NCBI RefSeq assembly: GCF_006345805.1
Contig: NC_043023.1
Span: 19,034,001-19,098,000, forward strand
DNA length: 64,000 bases
Reading direction: 5' to 3'
From: Octopus sinensis
Lineage: Eukaryota
This document shows, one piece after another, positions 50,462 through 63,250 of the stretch. Both the position numbers and the translations under genes were made by a program. The notes under the pieces were generated by a model, which was not told the origin of the DNA, ran no database searches, and saw only the letters and a program-made list of their open reading frames with translations. Each line of letters opens with the position of its first letter. Within the stretch, counting starts at the first letter, position 1.

Positions 50462-51140
50462 TTTAAATCCGTCCCAACAGGAAATCTGACAAGCTAGAAA
50501 CAACAGCCAAATCGAAGATTAACTTTCTAAATACGAATTACCAAAATTTAAATCCGCCCCAACAGGAAATCTGACAAGCTAGAGACAACAGCCAAATCGA
50601 AGATTAACTTTCTAAATACGAATTACCAAAATTTAAATCCGCCCCAACAGGAAATCTGACAAGCTAGAAACAACAGCCAAATCGAAGATTAACTTTCTAA
50701 ATACGAATTACCAAAATTTAAATCCGCCCCAACAGGAAATCTGACAAGCTAGAGACAACAGCCAAATCGAAGATTAACTTTCTAAATACGAATTACCAAA
50801 ATTTAAATCCGCCCCAACAGGAAATCTGACAAGCTAGAAACAACAGCCAAATCGAAGATTAACTTTCTAAATACGAATTACCAAAATTTAAATCCGCCCC
50901 AACAGGAAATCTGACAAGCTAGAGACAACAGCCATCCAAATCGAAGATTAACTTTCTAAATACGAATTACCAAAATTTAAATCCGCCCCAACAGGAAATC
51001 TGACAAGCTAGAGACAACAGCCAAATCGAAAATTAACTTTCTAAATACGAATTACCAAAATTTAAATCCGCCCCAACAGGAAATCTGACAAGCTAGAAAC
51101 AACAGCCAAATCGAAAATTAACTTTCTAAATACAAATTAC
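50462..51140. repeat. Eight tandem 85-bp units
   Basis: TTTAAATCCG at 50462, 50547, 50632, 50717, 50802, 50887, 50976, 51061; single copy at ~48530-48620. Confidence 0.95.
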
Positions 51141-51517
51141 CAAGAAACCAAGAGAAAAAGAAGGCAATCTTTCGTCTCTAGTAGACCTTTCCGTCGATTT
51201 CCGTAAAAAATTTTTTTTACATATGGGCTTGCGGGAACTTTTGAAGTAATGAGAGCGAAAGAGACTAAGAGAAAGCGATTGTATGAAGAGGGAAGTTCTT
51301 TTGAAGTTACCGTGCATGGGAAGCATTGATGTACATGTGTGTGTGTGTGTATGTTTGATGGGGTGTGGGAGACAGACAGTATGTTGTGTAAGTGAAGTGC
51401 TTCTGTTAGTGTGTGTGAAGAGACAGAGTAATGTGTGAAAGAAAGAGATAACTGAAATTTTTTACTCGGTGTATGTGTATATGTATGTATATTACTTCAA
51501 AAGTTCCCGCATGCCCA

Positions 51518-51895
51518 TACTCTTTTACTCTTTACTCTTTTACTTGTTTCAGTCATTTGACTGCGGCCATGCTGGGGCACCGCCTTTAGTACTTATTCTT
51601 TCGGTCTCTTTTGCCGAACCGCCAAGTAACGGGGACATAAGCACACCAGCATCGGTTGTCAAGCAATGCTAGGGGGACAAACACAGACACACAAACATAT
51701 ACACACACACTTATATATATATACATATATACGACAGGCTTCTTTCAGTTTCCGTCTACCAAATCCACTCACAAGGCATTGGTCGGCTCGGAGCTATAGC
51801 AGAAGACACTCGCCCAAGGTGTCACGCAGTGGGACTGAACCCGGAACCATGTGGTTGGTTAGCAAGCTACTTACCACACAGCCACTCCTGCGCCT
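51518..51895 (-). mobile_element. SINE family A
   Basis: Reverse-complement match with internal deletion. Confidence 0.85.
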
Positions 51896-52149
51896 ATATG
51901 TAAAAAAAAATAATTTTTTTTTACGGAAATCGACGGAAAGGTCTACTAGAGACGAAAGATCGCCCCCAAAAATGTTTTATTTTGACACATTCTCCCAGTA
52001 TACGAAGTTTAAAAGTGTTTAGTTAACTGGAAACTGTCTGCCGTTCAAACGGAAAAGATGCAAACAGGTTGACCTACTTCGACGGTTTGACGGTTTACTT
52101 TGAAAATTTTTCATCAATTTTTATGTATTTCAGGAATTTAAAATGTCAC

Positions 52150-52906
52150 ATATGTATGTATGTATGTAAGTATGTGTGTATGTATGTCTGTATATATGTT
52201 TGTATGTATGTATGTATGTGTGTATGTATGTATGTGTGTATGTGTGTATGTATGTATTTATGTATGTATGTATGTATGTGTGTATGTATGTGTGTATGTA
52301 TGTATGTATGTATGTATGTATGTGTGTATGTATGTATGTATGTATGTATGTATGTATGTGTGTATGTATGTATGTATGTATGTATGTATATGTATGTATG
52401 TATGTAAGTATGTGTGTATGTATGTCTGTATATATGTTTGTATGTATGTATGTGTGTATGTATGTATGTGTGTATGTGTGTATGTATGTATTTATGTATG
52501 TATGTATGTATGTGTGTATGTATGTGTGTATGTATGTATGTATGTATGTATGTGTGTATGTATGTATGTATGTATGTATGTATGTGTGTATGTATGTGTG
52601 TATGTATGTATGTATGTATGTATGTATGTGTGTATGTATGTATGTATGTATGTATGTATGTATGTATGTGTGTATGTATGTATGTGTGTGTATGTATGTA
52701 TGTGTGTATGTGTGTATGTATGTGTGTATGTATGTATGTATGTGTGTATGTGTGTGTGTGTGTGTATGTATGTGTGTGTGTGTCTGTGTGTATGTATGTA
52801 TGTATGTATGTATGTGTGTATGTATGTATGTATGTATGTATGTGTGTGTGTATGTATGTATGTGTGTATGTATGTATGTAGGTGTGTATGTATGTATGTA
52901 TGTATG

Positions 52907-52940
<34 letters not shown>

Positions 52941-53040
52941 TGTATGTATGTGTGTATGTATGTATGTAGGTGTGTATGTATGTATGTATGTATGTGTGTA
53001 TGTATGTATGTATGTAAAGTGGATAGATGGATGGATGGAT
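52150..53040. repeat. (TATG)n/(TG)n compound microsatellite
   Basis: Direct inspection. Confidence 0.97.
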
Positions 53041-53339
53041 GGGAATAGAATATTAAATGAATAAGGAACACGGGTTACTAACCTCTAAAACTGTGCAGAA
53101 GTTTTTTTCTAAAGGAATCCGAACAGCCCGACATGTTCGTAAGGCGGAAACTTGTAGAATAATTGCGTACGAACGAATCGGGAGAGCGTGAATTAAGTGG
53201 GAGTGGGAGTGAAGAAAGGGGGGAAAAGGAGGAGATGGAAGTGGTGTGGAAGGCGGAGGCGGAAAGGGTGACAGTGTATAAAAGAGGATGAATAGAGTTA
53301 TGGTGGGAGTAATGGATGAAGGAGGAGAAAGTCGTAGTA

Positions 53340-53346
53340 TGAGAGG

Positions 53347-53382
<36 letters not shown>

Positions 53383-54005
53383 AAGGGCGAGCCAGGCTCT
53401 GAAAGGGAGTGTTAGTCGTTGATAATAATGTAAAAGGCGGGAGGAGGAGGACTATAAAAGGAAGTTGAGAGGAAAAACACTTTAAGAGAGAGACAGAGAG
53501 AGAGGAAGAGAGAGAGAGAGAGAGAGTAAGAGAGAGAGACAAGACAGAGAGGGACAGAGACAGAGAGAGACAGACAGACAGGGACAGAGAGAGAGTAAGA
53601 GAGAGAGAGACAGACACAGACAGAGACAGTGACAGAGAGAGAGTAAGAGAGAGAGACAGAGAGAGAGAAAGACAGACAGAGACAGAGACAGAGAGACAGT
53701 AAGAGAGAGACAGACAAAGCGAGAGACAGAGACAGAGAGAGACAGAGACAGAGACAGAAGAAGAGAAAGAGAGACAGAGACAGAGAGAAAGGCAGACAGA
53801 GAGACAAACAGAGAGAGAGAGACGGAGAGAGAGAGACAAACAGACAGAGAGAGAGAGAGACAGAGGCAGAGAGGACAAAGAGAGAGTGACAGAGACAGAG
53901 ACAGAGAGAGACAGAGACAGAGGGAGAGACAGACAGTGAGAGACAGAGAGACAGAGAGACAGAGACAGAGAGAGAGAGAGAGACAGAGAGACAGAGAGAC
54001 AGAGA
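53340..54005. repeat. (GA)n/(GACA)n purine-rich microsatellite
   Basis: Direct inspection. Confidence 0.95.
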
Positions 54006-54245
54006 CGGGGGTCACCCGTTTAGCATTAACGTTGCATATTGTAGTTGATAGAGAGAAGAGAAGTGTTTCAGAAATATGACAGACGAAGCTTTTTCTCAGA
54101 TGAAAAATGTTTTATTTAACAACAATAAAATAAATAAAGTTGGTTACAGAGAAAAAGATTACAACAGTGGAGAACAATAAAGATTAGTTATTCTTTAAAT
54201 ATTACATTCGGTAGGCAAATACGTGAACCTCTTTCGTGAGCAACA

Positions 54246-54982
54246 GTATGTATGTATGTGTGTATATATGTATGTGTGTGTGTATGTATGTATGTGTGTA
54301 TGTATGTATGTGTGTGTGTATGTATGTATGTGTGTATGTGTGTGTATGTATGTATGTATGTATGTATGTATGTATGTGTGTGTGTATGTATGTATGTATG
54401 TATGTATGTATGTATGTATGTATGTATGTATGTATGTGTGTGTGTGTGTGTGTGTATGTATGCATGTATGTATGTATGAATGTATGTATGTATGTATGTA
54501 TGTATGCATGTATGTATGTGTGTATGTGTGTATGTATGTGTGTGTGTATGTATGTATGTATGTATGTATGTATGTATGTATGTATGTATGTATGTATGTA
54601 TGTATGTATGCATGTATGTATGTATGTATGTATGTATGTATGTATGTATGTATGTATGTATGTATGTGTATGTATGTATGTATGTATGTGTGTATATGTG
54701 TATGTGTGTATGTATGTATGTATGTATGTGTGTATGTGTGTATGTATGTATGTACATATGTAGGTATGTGTGTATGTATGTGTGTATGTATGTGTGTGTG
54801 TATGTATGTATGTGTGTATGTATGTGTGTATGTATGTATGTATGTGTGTGTGTCTGTATGTATGTGTGTGTATGCATGTATGTATGTGTGCATGTATGTG
54901 TCTGTGTATGTGTGTATGTATGTATGTATGTATGTATGTGTGTGTGTATGTATGTATGTATGTATGTATGTATGCATGTGTG

Positions 54983-55044
<62 letters not shown>

Positions 55045-55831
55045 TGTGTGTGTGTATGTATGTATGTATGTATGTATGTATGTATGTGTGTATGTGTGTA
55101 TGTATGTATGTATGTATGTGTGTGTGTATGCATGTATGTGTGTGTGTATGTATGTATGTGTGTATGCATGTATGTATGTATGTATGTATGTATGTGTGTA
55201 TGTATGTATGTGTGTATGTGTGTATGTATGTATGTATGTATGTATGTATGTATGTGTGTATGCATGTATGTGTGTGTGTATGTATGTATGTGTGTATGCA
55301 TGTATGTATGTGTGTATGTATGTATGTGTGTATGTATGTGTGTATGTGTGTATGTATGTATGTATGTATGTATGTGTGTGTGTCTGTGTGTATGTATGTA
55401 TGTATGTATGTATGTATGCATGTGTGTATGTATGTATGTAAGTATGTATGTATGTATGTGTGTATGTAAGTATGTATGTGTGTATGTATGTATGTGTGTA
55501 TGTGTGGATGTATGTATGTATGTGTGTGTGTGTCTGTGTGTATGTATGTATGTGTGTGTATGTATGTATGTATGTATGTATGTGTGTGTGTATGTATGTA
55601 TGTATGTATGTGTGTGTATGTATGTATGTATGTATGTGTGTGTGTATGTACCTATGTGTGTATGTGTGTGTATGTATGTATGTATGTATGGGTGTGTATG
55701 TATGTATGTATGTATGTATGTTATGTATGTATGTATGTGTGTATGTATTATGTATGTGTGTGTATGTGTGTGTGTGTATGTATGTATGTATGTATGTACG
55801 TATGTGTGTGTGTATGTGGTATGTATGTATG

Positions 55832-55865
<34 letters not shown>

Positions 55866-56345
55866 GTATAGTGATGGTGTGTGTATGTATGTATGTATGT
55901 ATGTATGTGTGTATGTATGTATGTATGTATGTGTGTATGTATGTATGTATGTATGTATGTGTGTATGTATGTTGATTGTATGTATGTATGTGGTTGTGTG
56001 TGTGATGTATGTATGTTATGTATGTGTATGTATGTGTGTATGTATGTATGAATGTGTGTATGTATGTATGTGTGTATGTGTGTGTGTATGTATGTATGTA
56101 TGTATGTGTGTATGTATATATGAATGTATGTATGTATGTATGTATGAATGGATGTATGTATGTATGTCGTATGTATGTATGTATGTGTGTATGTTTGATG
56201 TATGTATGTGAATGTATATGTAGTATGTATGTATGTATGTATGTAGTGTGTATGTGTGTGTGTATGTATGTATGTATGTAATGTATGTGTGTATGTATGA
56301 ATGTATGTATGTATGTATGTGTGTATGTGTGTGTGTATGTATGTA
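54246..56345. repeat. ~2.1-kb (TATG)n/(TG)n compound microsatellite
   Basis: Direct inspection; more degenerate toward the right end. Confidence 0.97.
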
Positions 56346-56510
56346 TATAAGAATATGCACTTTCTGAAATAATGTATATATATTCTACTTTGAAAGTACT
56401 GAGATGACCAGGGTATGGTAAACCCAACGCGAATCTGAAAAATCGAAAGGAAAAGTTTGTTAACAACATATATAATATCTCCCACTCTCTCTCTCCCTCT
56501 CTCCTCCCCC

Positions 56511-56546
<36 letters not shown>

Positions 56547-57211
56547 GCTACATACTGATTGGTCAGAATACAGTTTGCAAAACCTAGCAATCTGGAGCCC
56601 ACACAGGTGTATTTAAGGCACAGATTTAACCATCTCGCTACATTCAAAAATTGTGAAGCATGACTGTCACCACTACTACATGAACCTGAAGATTGCATAA
56701 TTTAATGCATGAAAGTACTAGTTCGATCAGAATGAACATTTAACATTCTATTTTTTTAATATATATATATATATAATAACAATTTAATAAATAAAATACA
56801 TGCATACATACATACATATATGTACATACTTACATCTATATGTATATATACATGCATATATGAGTACAGGACACCACAAAGAAACGTAGAACACAACGAG
56901 AAACGAAAACATAAAATCAAACAAGGAAACGGACTTTTTTTAACAACGAAAAAGCAGAGTACAAGACAAAGAATACAAGGAATATTCCCCTTCATCGGCT
57001 GCCCCTGTTTCGACTCAATGCGTGTTTCGAAGGTAAGGGCAGAACACGATCCGGCCGAAACAATCCTTCCTGCAAAATGAATTAAAACAGTACAAATAAA
57101 GAATAAAATCAGGACAAGGAAACCAACAATAAGGGCTTTTTTTAAGCCTAGACGGTGGAAAAATTCGTCAGAACGCATTCTGAAGATCGGCTTAGTAAGT
57201 TTTTATATAAG

Positions 57212-57253
<42 letters not shown>

Positions 57254-57650
57254 TCGGGGTGAGTACTTGATAATTATAAGCACCTGTGTATACCGTTTGG
57301 TGGTGTAGGTGGTGGAGTAAATTGATCAAATTTGCATCCCCAACCAAGAATTTTTGATGTTGTACACATGTCCTTGTGGAAGCTGTTGTGTGCGGCTGAA
57401 GAAGGCCACAGACATACATTATGCATTGTATAAAATCTGTCTAATAAAGGCCCGAAACATATGTACCGCTGAATCCTGGCATCATGTTTTTATTTTGATC
57501 AATATATATATATATAATTACATGTGTATTTTAAAGGGCTAAAAATCTATACACATGTATTAGAATTTTCTCTGATTCTTCAGATTTTGTAAGCTAGGCT
57601 ACCGTTTTCAATTGATATTAATAAATTAATATTCAATTTCTCCCTCATTA

Positions 57651-57707
<57 letters not shown>

Positions 57708-57730
57708 ATATATATATACATATATATCTC

Positions 57731-57781
57731 AGCTTCCTGATGATTTCTCTTGAATGAAACAGTTCTAGTCCTGTGGAAGCT
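57731..57781 (+). ncRNA. Type I hammerhead-ribozyme fold with an inactivating GUG cleavage triplet
   Basis: agcttc CTGATGA tttc-tctt-gaat GAAA cag-ttctagtc-ctg T G gaagct: stems I, II and III all pair. Confidence 0.5.
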
Positions 57782-57783
57782 CC

Positions 57784-57836
<53 letters not shown>

Positions 57837-57947
57837 TAATTGAATGAATTATCTTATAAGGATAATTCGAAAGATAACGATACCTGGGTAGCAAATTCAC
57901 ATCAGAAAGAACACGGTTGAAGCTAAGTCCCTAGGGCATATATATAG

Positions 57948-58350
57948 GCGCAGGAGTAGCTGTGTGGTAAGTAACTTGTTTACCAACCACAAGGTTCCGT
58001 GTTCAGTCCCACTGCGTGGCACCTTGTACAAGTCTCTTCTACTATTATCTCGGGCCGATCAACGCCTTGTGAGTGGATTTGGTAGACTGAAACTGAAAGA
58101 AGCCCGTCGTATATATATATATACGACGGGCTTCTATATATATGCGCGTGTGCGTTCGTGTGTCTGTGTTTGTCCCCCTAGCATTGCTTGACAATGTCCC
58201 CGTTACTTAGCAGTTCGGCAAAAGAGACCGACAGAATAAGTACTGGGCTTACAAAAGAGTAAGTCCCGGGGTAGAGTTGCTCGATTAAAGGCGGTGCTCC
58301 AGCATGACCGCAGTCAAATGACTGAAACAAGTAAAAGTGTAAAAGAGTAA
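57948..58350 (+). mobile_element. SINE family A
   Basis: Full-length match. Confidence 0.85.
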
Positions 58351-58537
58351 TATATATATATATATACAAATATAAGAGAATGATCACCATATGGTGGTCA
58401 CTCTCTTATATTTGTGTATAAATTTTTATTGTATCCCTGGTTTTTATGCGCTAAGGCACTTGGTGTTTAATTGATGGTATTATTAAATTAATATCCAATT
58501 TTTCACCCTTATTTTTAATATATATGCATATATCAAA

Positions 58538-58856
58538 GACTCCGCCGGTTACGACGACGAGGGTCCCAGCTGATACGATCAACGGAACAGCTTGCTCGTG
58601 AAATTAACGTGCAATGGCTGAGCATTCCACAGACACGTGTACCTTTAACGTAGTTCTCGGGGATAATCAGCGTGACACAGAGGTGACAAGGCTGACCCTT
58701 TGAAATACAAGTACAACTCATTTTTGCCAGCTGAGTGGACTGGAGCAACGTGAAATAAAGTGTCTTGCTCAAGGACACAACGCGTCGCCGGGAATCGAAC
58801 TCACAACCTTACGATCATGAGCCGAATGCCCTAACCACTAAGCCACGCGCCCTCAC
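58538..58856 (-). mobile_element. SINE family C
   Basis: Matches 15323-15651; flanked by TATGCATATAT direct repeats. Confidence 0.85.
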
Positions 58857-58875
58857 TATGCATATATACATACAT

Positions 58876-59296
58876 ACTCTTTTACTCTTTACTCTTTTAC
58901 TTGTTTCAGTCATTTGACTGCGGCCATGCTGGAGCACCGCCTTTAGTCGAGCAAATCGACCCCGGGACTTATTCTGTTGTAAGCCCAGTACTTATTCTAT
59001 CGGTCTCTTTTGCCGAACCGCTAAGTGACGGGGACGTAAACACACCAGCGTCGGTTGTCAAGCAATGCTAGGGGAACAAACACAGACACACAAACACATA
59101 TACATACATACATATATATATATATACGACAGGCTTCTTTCAGTTTCCGTCTACCAAATCCACTCACAAGGCATCGGTCGGCCCGAGGCTATAGCAGAAG
59201 ACACTTGCCCAAGATGCCACGCAGTGGGACTGAACCCGGAACCATGTGGTTGGTTAGCAAGCTACTTACCACACAGCCACTCCTACACCTATACAT

Positions 59297-59330
<34 letters not shown>

Positions 59331-59496
59331 TACGACGGGCTTCTTTTCAGTTTACGTCTACCAAATCCACTCACAAGGCATCGGTCGGCCCGAGGCTATA
59401 GCAGAAGACACTTGCCCAAGATGCCACGCAGTGGGACTGAACCCGGAACCATGTGGTTGGTTAGCAAGCTACTTACCACACAGCCACTCCTGCGCA
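58876..59496 (-). mobile_element. SINE family A with duplicated head
   Basis: Head repeated at 59120-59290 and 59330-59496 with shared diagnostic variants. Confidence 0.85.
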
Positions 59497-59706
59497 CTTT
59501 AAAATCTTTTACAGCCAAAACAATGTAAATTATAAAAATAATTATTAATCCAGTTCAATGGTTAATACTATTTCATGATATTTCAAAATTTCAAGGTTAG
59601 GACCGTTTCCTCGTAAAATTTACGGAGAAAAGGTGTTGAGAGCCGATCTCCCTTCCGTCTCATCTATGTGCATGAAGAGTTGTTTTGCGTTGCTATAGTA
59701 ACCAAT

Positions 59707-59806
59707 NNNNNNNNNNNNNNNNNNNNNNNNNNNNNNNNNNNNNNNNNNNNNNNNNNNNNNNNNNNNNNNNNNNNNNNNNNNNNNNNNNNNNNNNNNNNNN
59801 NNNNNN
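59707..59806. other. Assembly gap (100 N)
   Basis: Run of N. Confidence 1.
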
Positions 59807-60972
59807 AAGGAAGAGAGTATGGGAGTTTCAGAGCATCCTCCCTTCCAAAGTGGATCAGTTCGAATTTGTCTTCATTTAGTAACATGTTATTCTTTTCCGC
59901 CCATTGGACAACAGCCAGTAGGTCTGACTGAAGGTTTATTCGGTCATCCACGCCATTGATGACCTTCTGGAGCTTGGAATCATCAGCGAAGGTTCTGATG
60001 TTACTGTGTTTGATGGTGTCAGTAATATCATTTATGTAGATGATGAAGAGAAGTGGGCCCAACACAGTGCCTTGTGGGACACCACTGCTGACTTTGGCTG
60101 GGCTGGATTTGACTCCTTCAACTACAACATGTTGGGTTCTGTTAGGCAGGAAGCACTTGATCCACTGCAGCAGCTTTCCAGTGACACCAATATTGGACAG
60201 CTTTCTCAGAAGGATCTTATGATCAACCCTGTCAAAGGCCTTGCTGAAATCAAGGTAGATGACATCAGTGTTGGAACCCTCTCCCAAGGCTCTCAAAATG
60301 TCATCAAAATGATGCAGTAGCTGCGTCAGGCAATCTCTCCCATTACGGAATCCATGCTGGATGGAGTTCAGCATATTATGACTCTCAAGGAAGTGAGTCA
60401 TACGTGATCTCAGCACTCTCTCAAATACCTTAATGATATGAGAGGTGAGTGAGATTGGACGGTAATTCACGGCAAGCGATTTGTTTCCTTGTTTGAAAAC
60501 TGGGATAACAGACTGGGATAGAAGGTCTTCTGGTATATATCCAGCATTCAGTGAGTTCCACCACAGATTGGCTAGAGGGGGTGCAAGTTGGTTTTGACAC
60601 ATCTTCAAGACACAAGCAGGGAACCTATTGGGACCTACTGCTGAATTATGCTTCATTTCCTTTATTACTGCTAAGACATCAGGAGCGCCAAAGGTTATGT
60701 CCGATAAAGTGTATTGGGGAGTAACATCACTGATACAGCCCAGATCAGTCATATCAGGATTGCTGAAAACAGAGCAATATGTTTCTGCAATATCTCTCCC
60801 ATGGTTTTGGCATTGTCTTGAAGAGTACCATTTTCATCAATCAGAGGGCCAACAGTAGAACCAGTGACTCTGTGTTTTTTGCAAATGAAAAGAACACTTT
60901 GGGATTGAGTTTGATCTTCTCAATGGCCCAGGCCTCTTCAGCTCTTCGCTGACTATTGATGATAGACATCAT
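59807..60972 (-). mobile_element. CR1-clade LINE reverse transcriptase region, cut by the gap
   Basis: NYRPISLTS, QHGFR, YLDFSKAFD, GVPQGTVLGPLLF, FADD motifs; upstream IKLNPKVFFSF...GPLIDENG linker with one frameshift. Confidence 0.92.
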
Positions 60973-61013
60973 GTTGTTTATATATACTACTGTAGTATAT
61001 ATATACTACTGTA

Positions 61014-61403
61014 GGAGTGGCTGTATGGTAAGTAGCTTGCTAACCAACCACATGGTTCCAGGTTCAGTCCCACTGCGTGATATCTTGGGCAAGTGTCTTC
61101 TGCTATAGCCCCGGGCCGACCAATGCCTTGTGAGTGGATTTGGTAGACGGAAACTGGAAGAAGCCTGTCGTATATATGTATATGTATATATATGTATGTG
61201 TGTCTGTGTTTGTTCCCCTAGCATTGCTTGACAGCCAATGCTGGTGTGTTTACGTCCCCGTCACTTAGCAGTTCGGCAAAAGAGACCGATAGAATAAGTA
61301 CTGGGCTTACAAAGCATAAGTCCCGGGGTCGATTTGCTCAACTAAAGGCGGTGCTCCAGCATGGCCGCAGTCAAATGACTGAAACAAGTAAATGAGTAAA
61401 AGA

Positions 61404-61405
<2 letters not shown>
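61014..61405 (+). mobile_element. SINE family A
   Basis: Full-length match. Confidence 0.85.
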
Positions 61406-61465
<60 letters not shown>

Positions 61466-61881
61466 GGCATTATTACACATAAATGCCTCACACTAAGAGG
61501 GACATAAGTCATTACTACCAAAATTTCACTAATCATACCCAATGCAGTTTTTCAAAGCAAGACATTTAAAAAATGAATTATATATAAAAAAATAAATAAA
61601 TATATATATATAAATTAAATTAGAGATAAAACCACTATTAGGCAAATCAAACAGTGTAAAACATAAACCAAAACATAGAAATAAAATTAATTAATATAAA
61701 ATTCAAAATTTAAATTATTTAAATTTAAAGTTAAAAATTTAAAATTATTAATTTATATTTATAAATTTTTATATTTATATATATATTTATATTTATTTTT
61801 ATTTATTTATTTATTTATTTTTTATTATTGAATATATATATAACTATGAAAAAGTATAAAAAGTTTAATATAAGATAAACA

Positions 61882-61934
<53 letters not shown>

Positions 61935-61935
61935 C

Positions 61936-62341
61936 AGGAGTGGCTGTGTGGTAAGTAGCTTGCTTACAAACGACATGGTTCCGGGTTCAGTCCCACTGCG
62001 TGGCACCTTGGGCAAGTGTTTTCTACTATAGCCTTGGGCCGACCGAAGCCTTGTGAGTGGATTTGGTAGATGGAAACTGAAAGAAGCCCGTCGTATATAT
62101 GTATATATATATGTGTGTGTGTGTATGTTTGAATATGTGTTTGTCCCCCACCAATATCGCTTGACAACCAATGCTGGTGTGTTTACGTTCCCGTAACTTA
62201 GCGATTCGGCAAAAGATACCGATAGAATAAATACTAGGCTTACAAAGAATAAATCCTGGGGTCGATTTGCTCGACTAAAGGCGGTGCTCCAGCATGGCCG
62301 CAGTCAAATGACTGAAACAAGTAAAAGAGTAATAGAGTAAG
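61936..62341 (+). mobile_element. SINE family A
   Basis: Full-length match. Confidence 0.85.
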
Positions 62342-62418
62342 CTAAATGTTTTCTACACCCGACATGTTTTCTACGTGTATATCTGGAAAATTTTGTTGGA
62401 GTATTCATTTTTAAAGCA

Positions 62419-62474
<56 letters not shown>

Positions 62475-62680
62475 CAGGGAAAGGAATGATTCTAAAAAAA
62501 ATATTTCCAATTCCACCCTTCATAGTTACAATCTTTGGAGGAATTCAGCAAAATCATTTCTTCCTAATTTGTATCTCTGGAAATTTTCGTCATAAAATCG
62601 GTCGGTGGAGCATACGTCTATATTTTGGGAATGTAATTACGTTACATATTTTATATATATTTTAAATTCCTACAGAATAG

Positions 62681-63250
62681 GTGCAGGAGTGGCTGTGTGG
62701 TAAGTAGCTTGTCTATCAACCACATGGTTCTGGGTTCAGTCCCACTGCGTGGCATCTTGGGTAAGCGTCTTCTACTACTACAGGCTCAGGCCGACCAAAG
62801 CCTTGTGAGTGGATTTGGTAGACGGAAACTGAAAGAAGCCCATTGTATATATGTATATATATATATATATGCGTGTGTGTGTTTGTGTGTCTGTGTTTAT
62901 TCCCCTAGCATTGCTTGACAACCGATGCTGGTGTGTTTATGTCCCCGTTACTTATGACTGAAACAAGTAAAAGAGTAAAAGAGTATATATATATATATAT
63001 ATTATATAGAGGGCATTATTACACATAAATGCCTCACACTAAGAGGGACATAAGTCATTACTACCCCTAGCATTGCTTGACAACCGATGCTGGTGTGTTT
63101 ACGTCCCCGTCACTTAGCGGTTCGGCAAAAAGCGACCGATAGAATAAGTACTGGGCTTACAAAAGAATAAGTCCCGGGGTCGAGTTCCTCGATTAAAGGC
63201 GGTGCTCCAGCATGGCCGCAGTCAAATGACTGAAACAAGTAAAATAGTAA
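62681..63250 (+). mobile_element. Rearranged SINE family A composite
   Basis: Deleted copy, then a 58-bp flank identical to 61463-61520, then a second SINE 3' half. Confidence 0.75.

Noticed and set aside
52130-56485. Very long ORFs (up to 755 aa) of YVCM/HTYI repeats
   Set aside because: Stop-free translations of (TATG)n microsatellites; no coding signal
57948-58030. tRNA genes suggested by A/B-box motifs
   Set aside because: All are SINE heads followed by SINE bodies; no cloverleaf with an acceptor stem
59664-59806. Extension of the RT ORF across the gap
   Set aside because: Frame continuity over 100 Ns is artificial; the sequence left of the gap cannot be assigned to the RT
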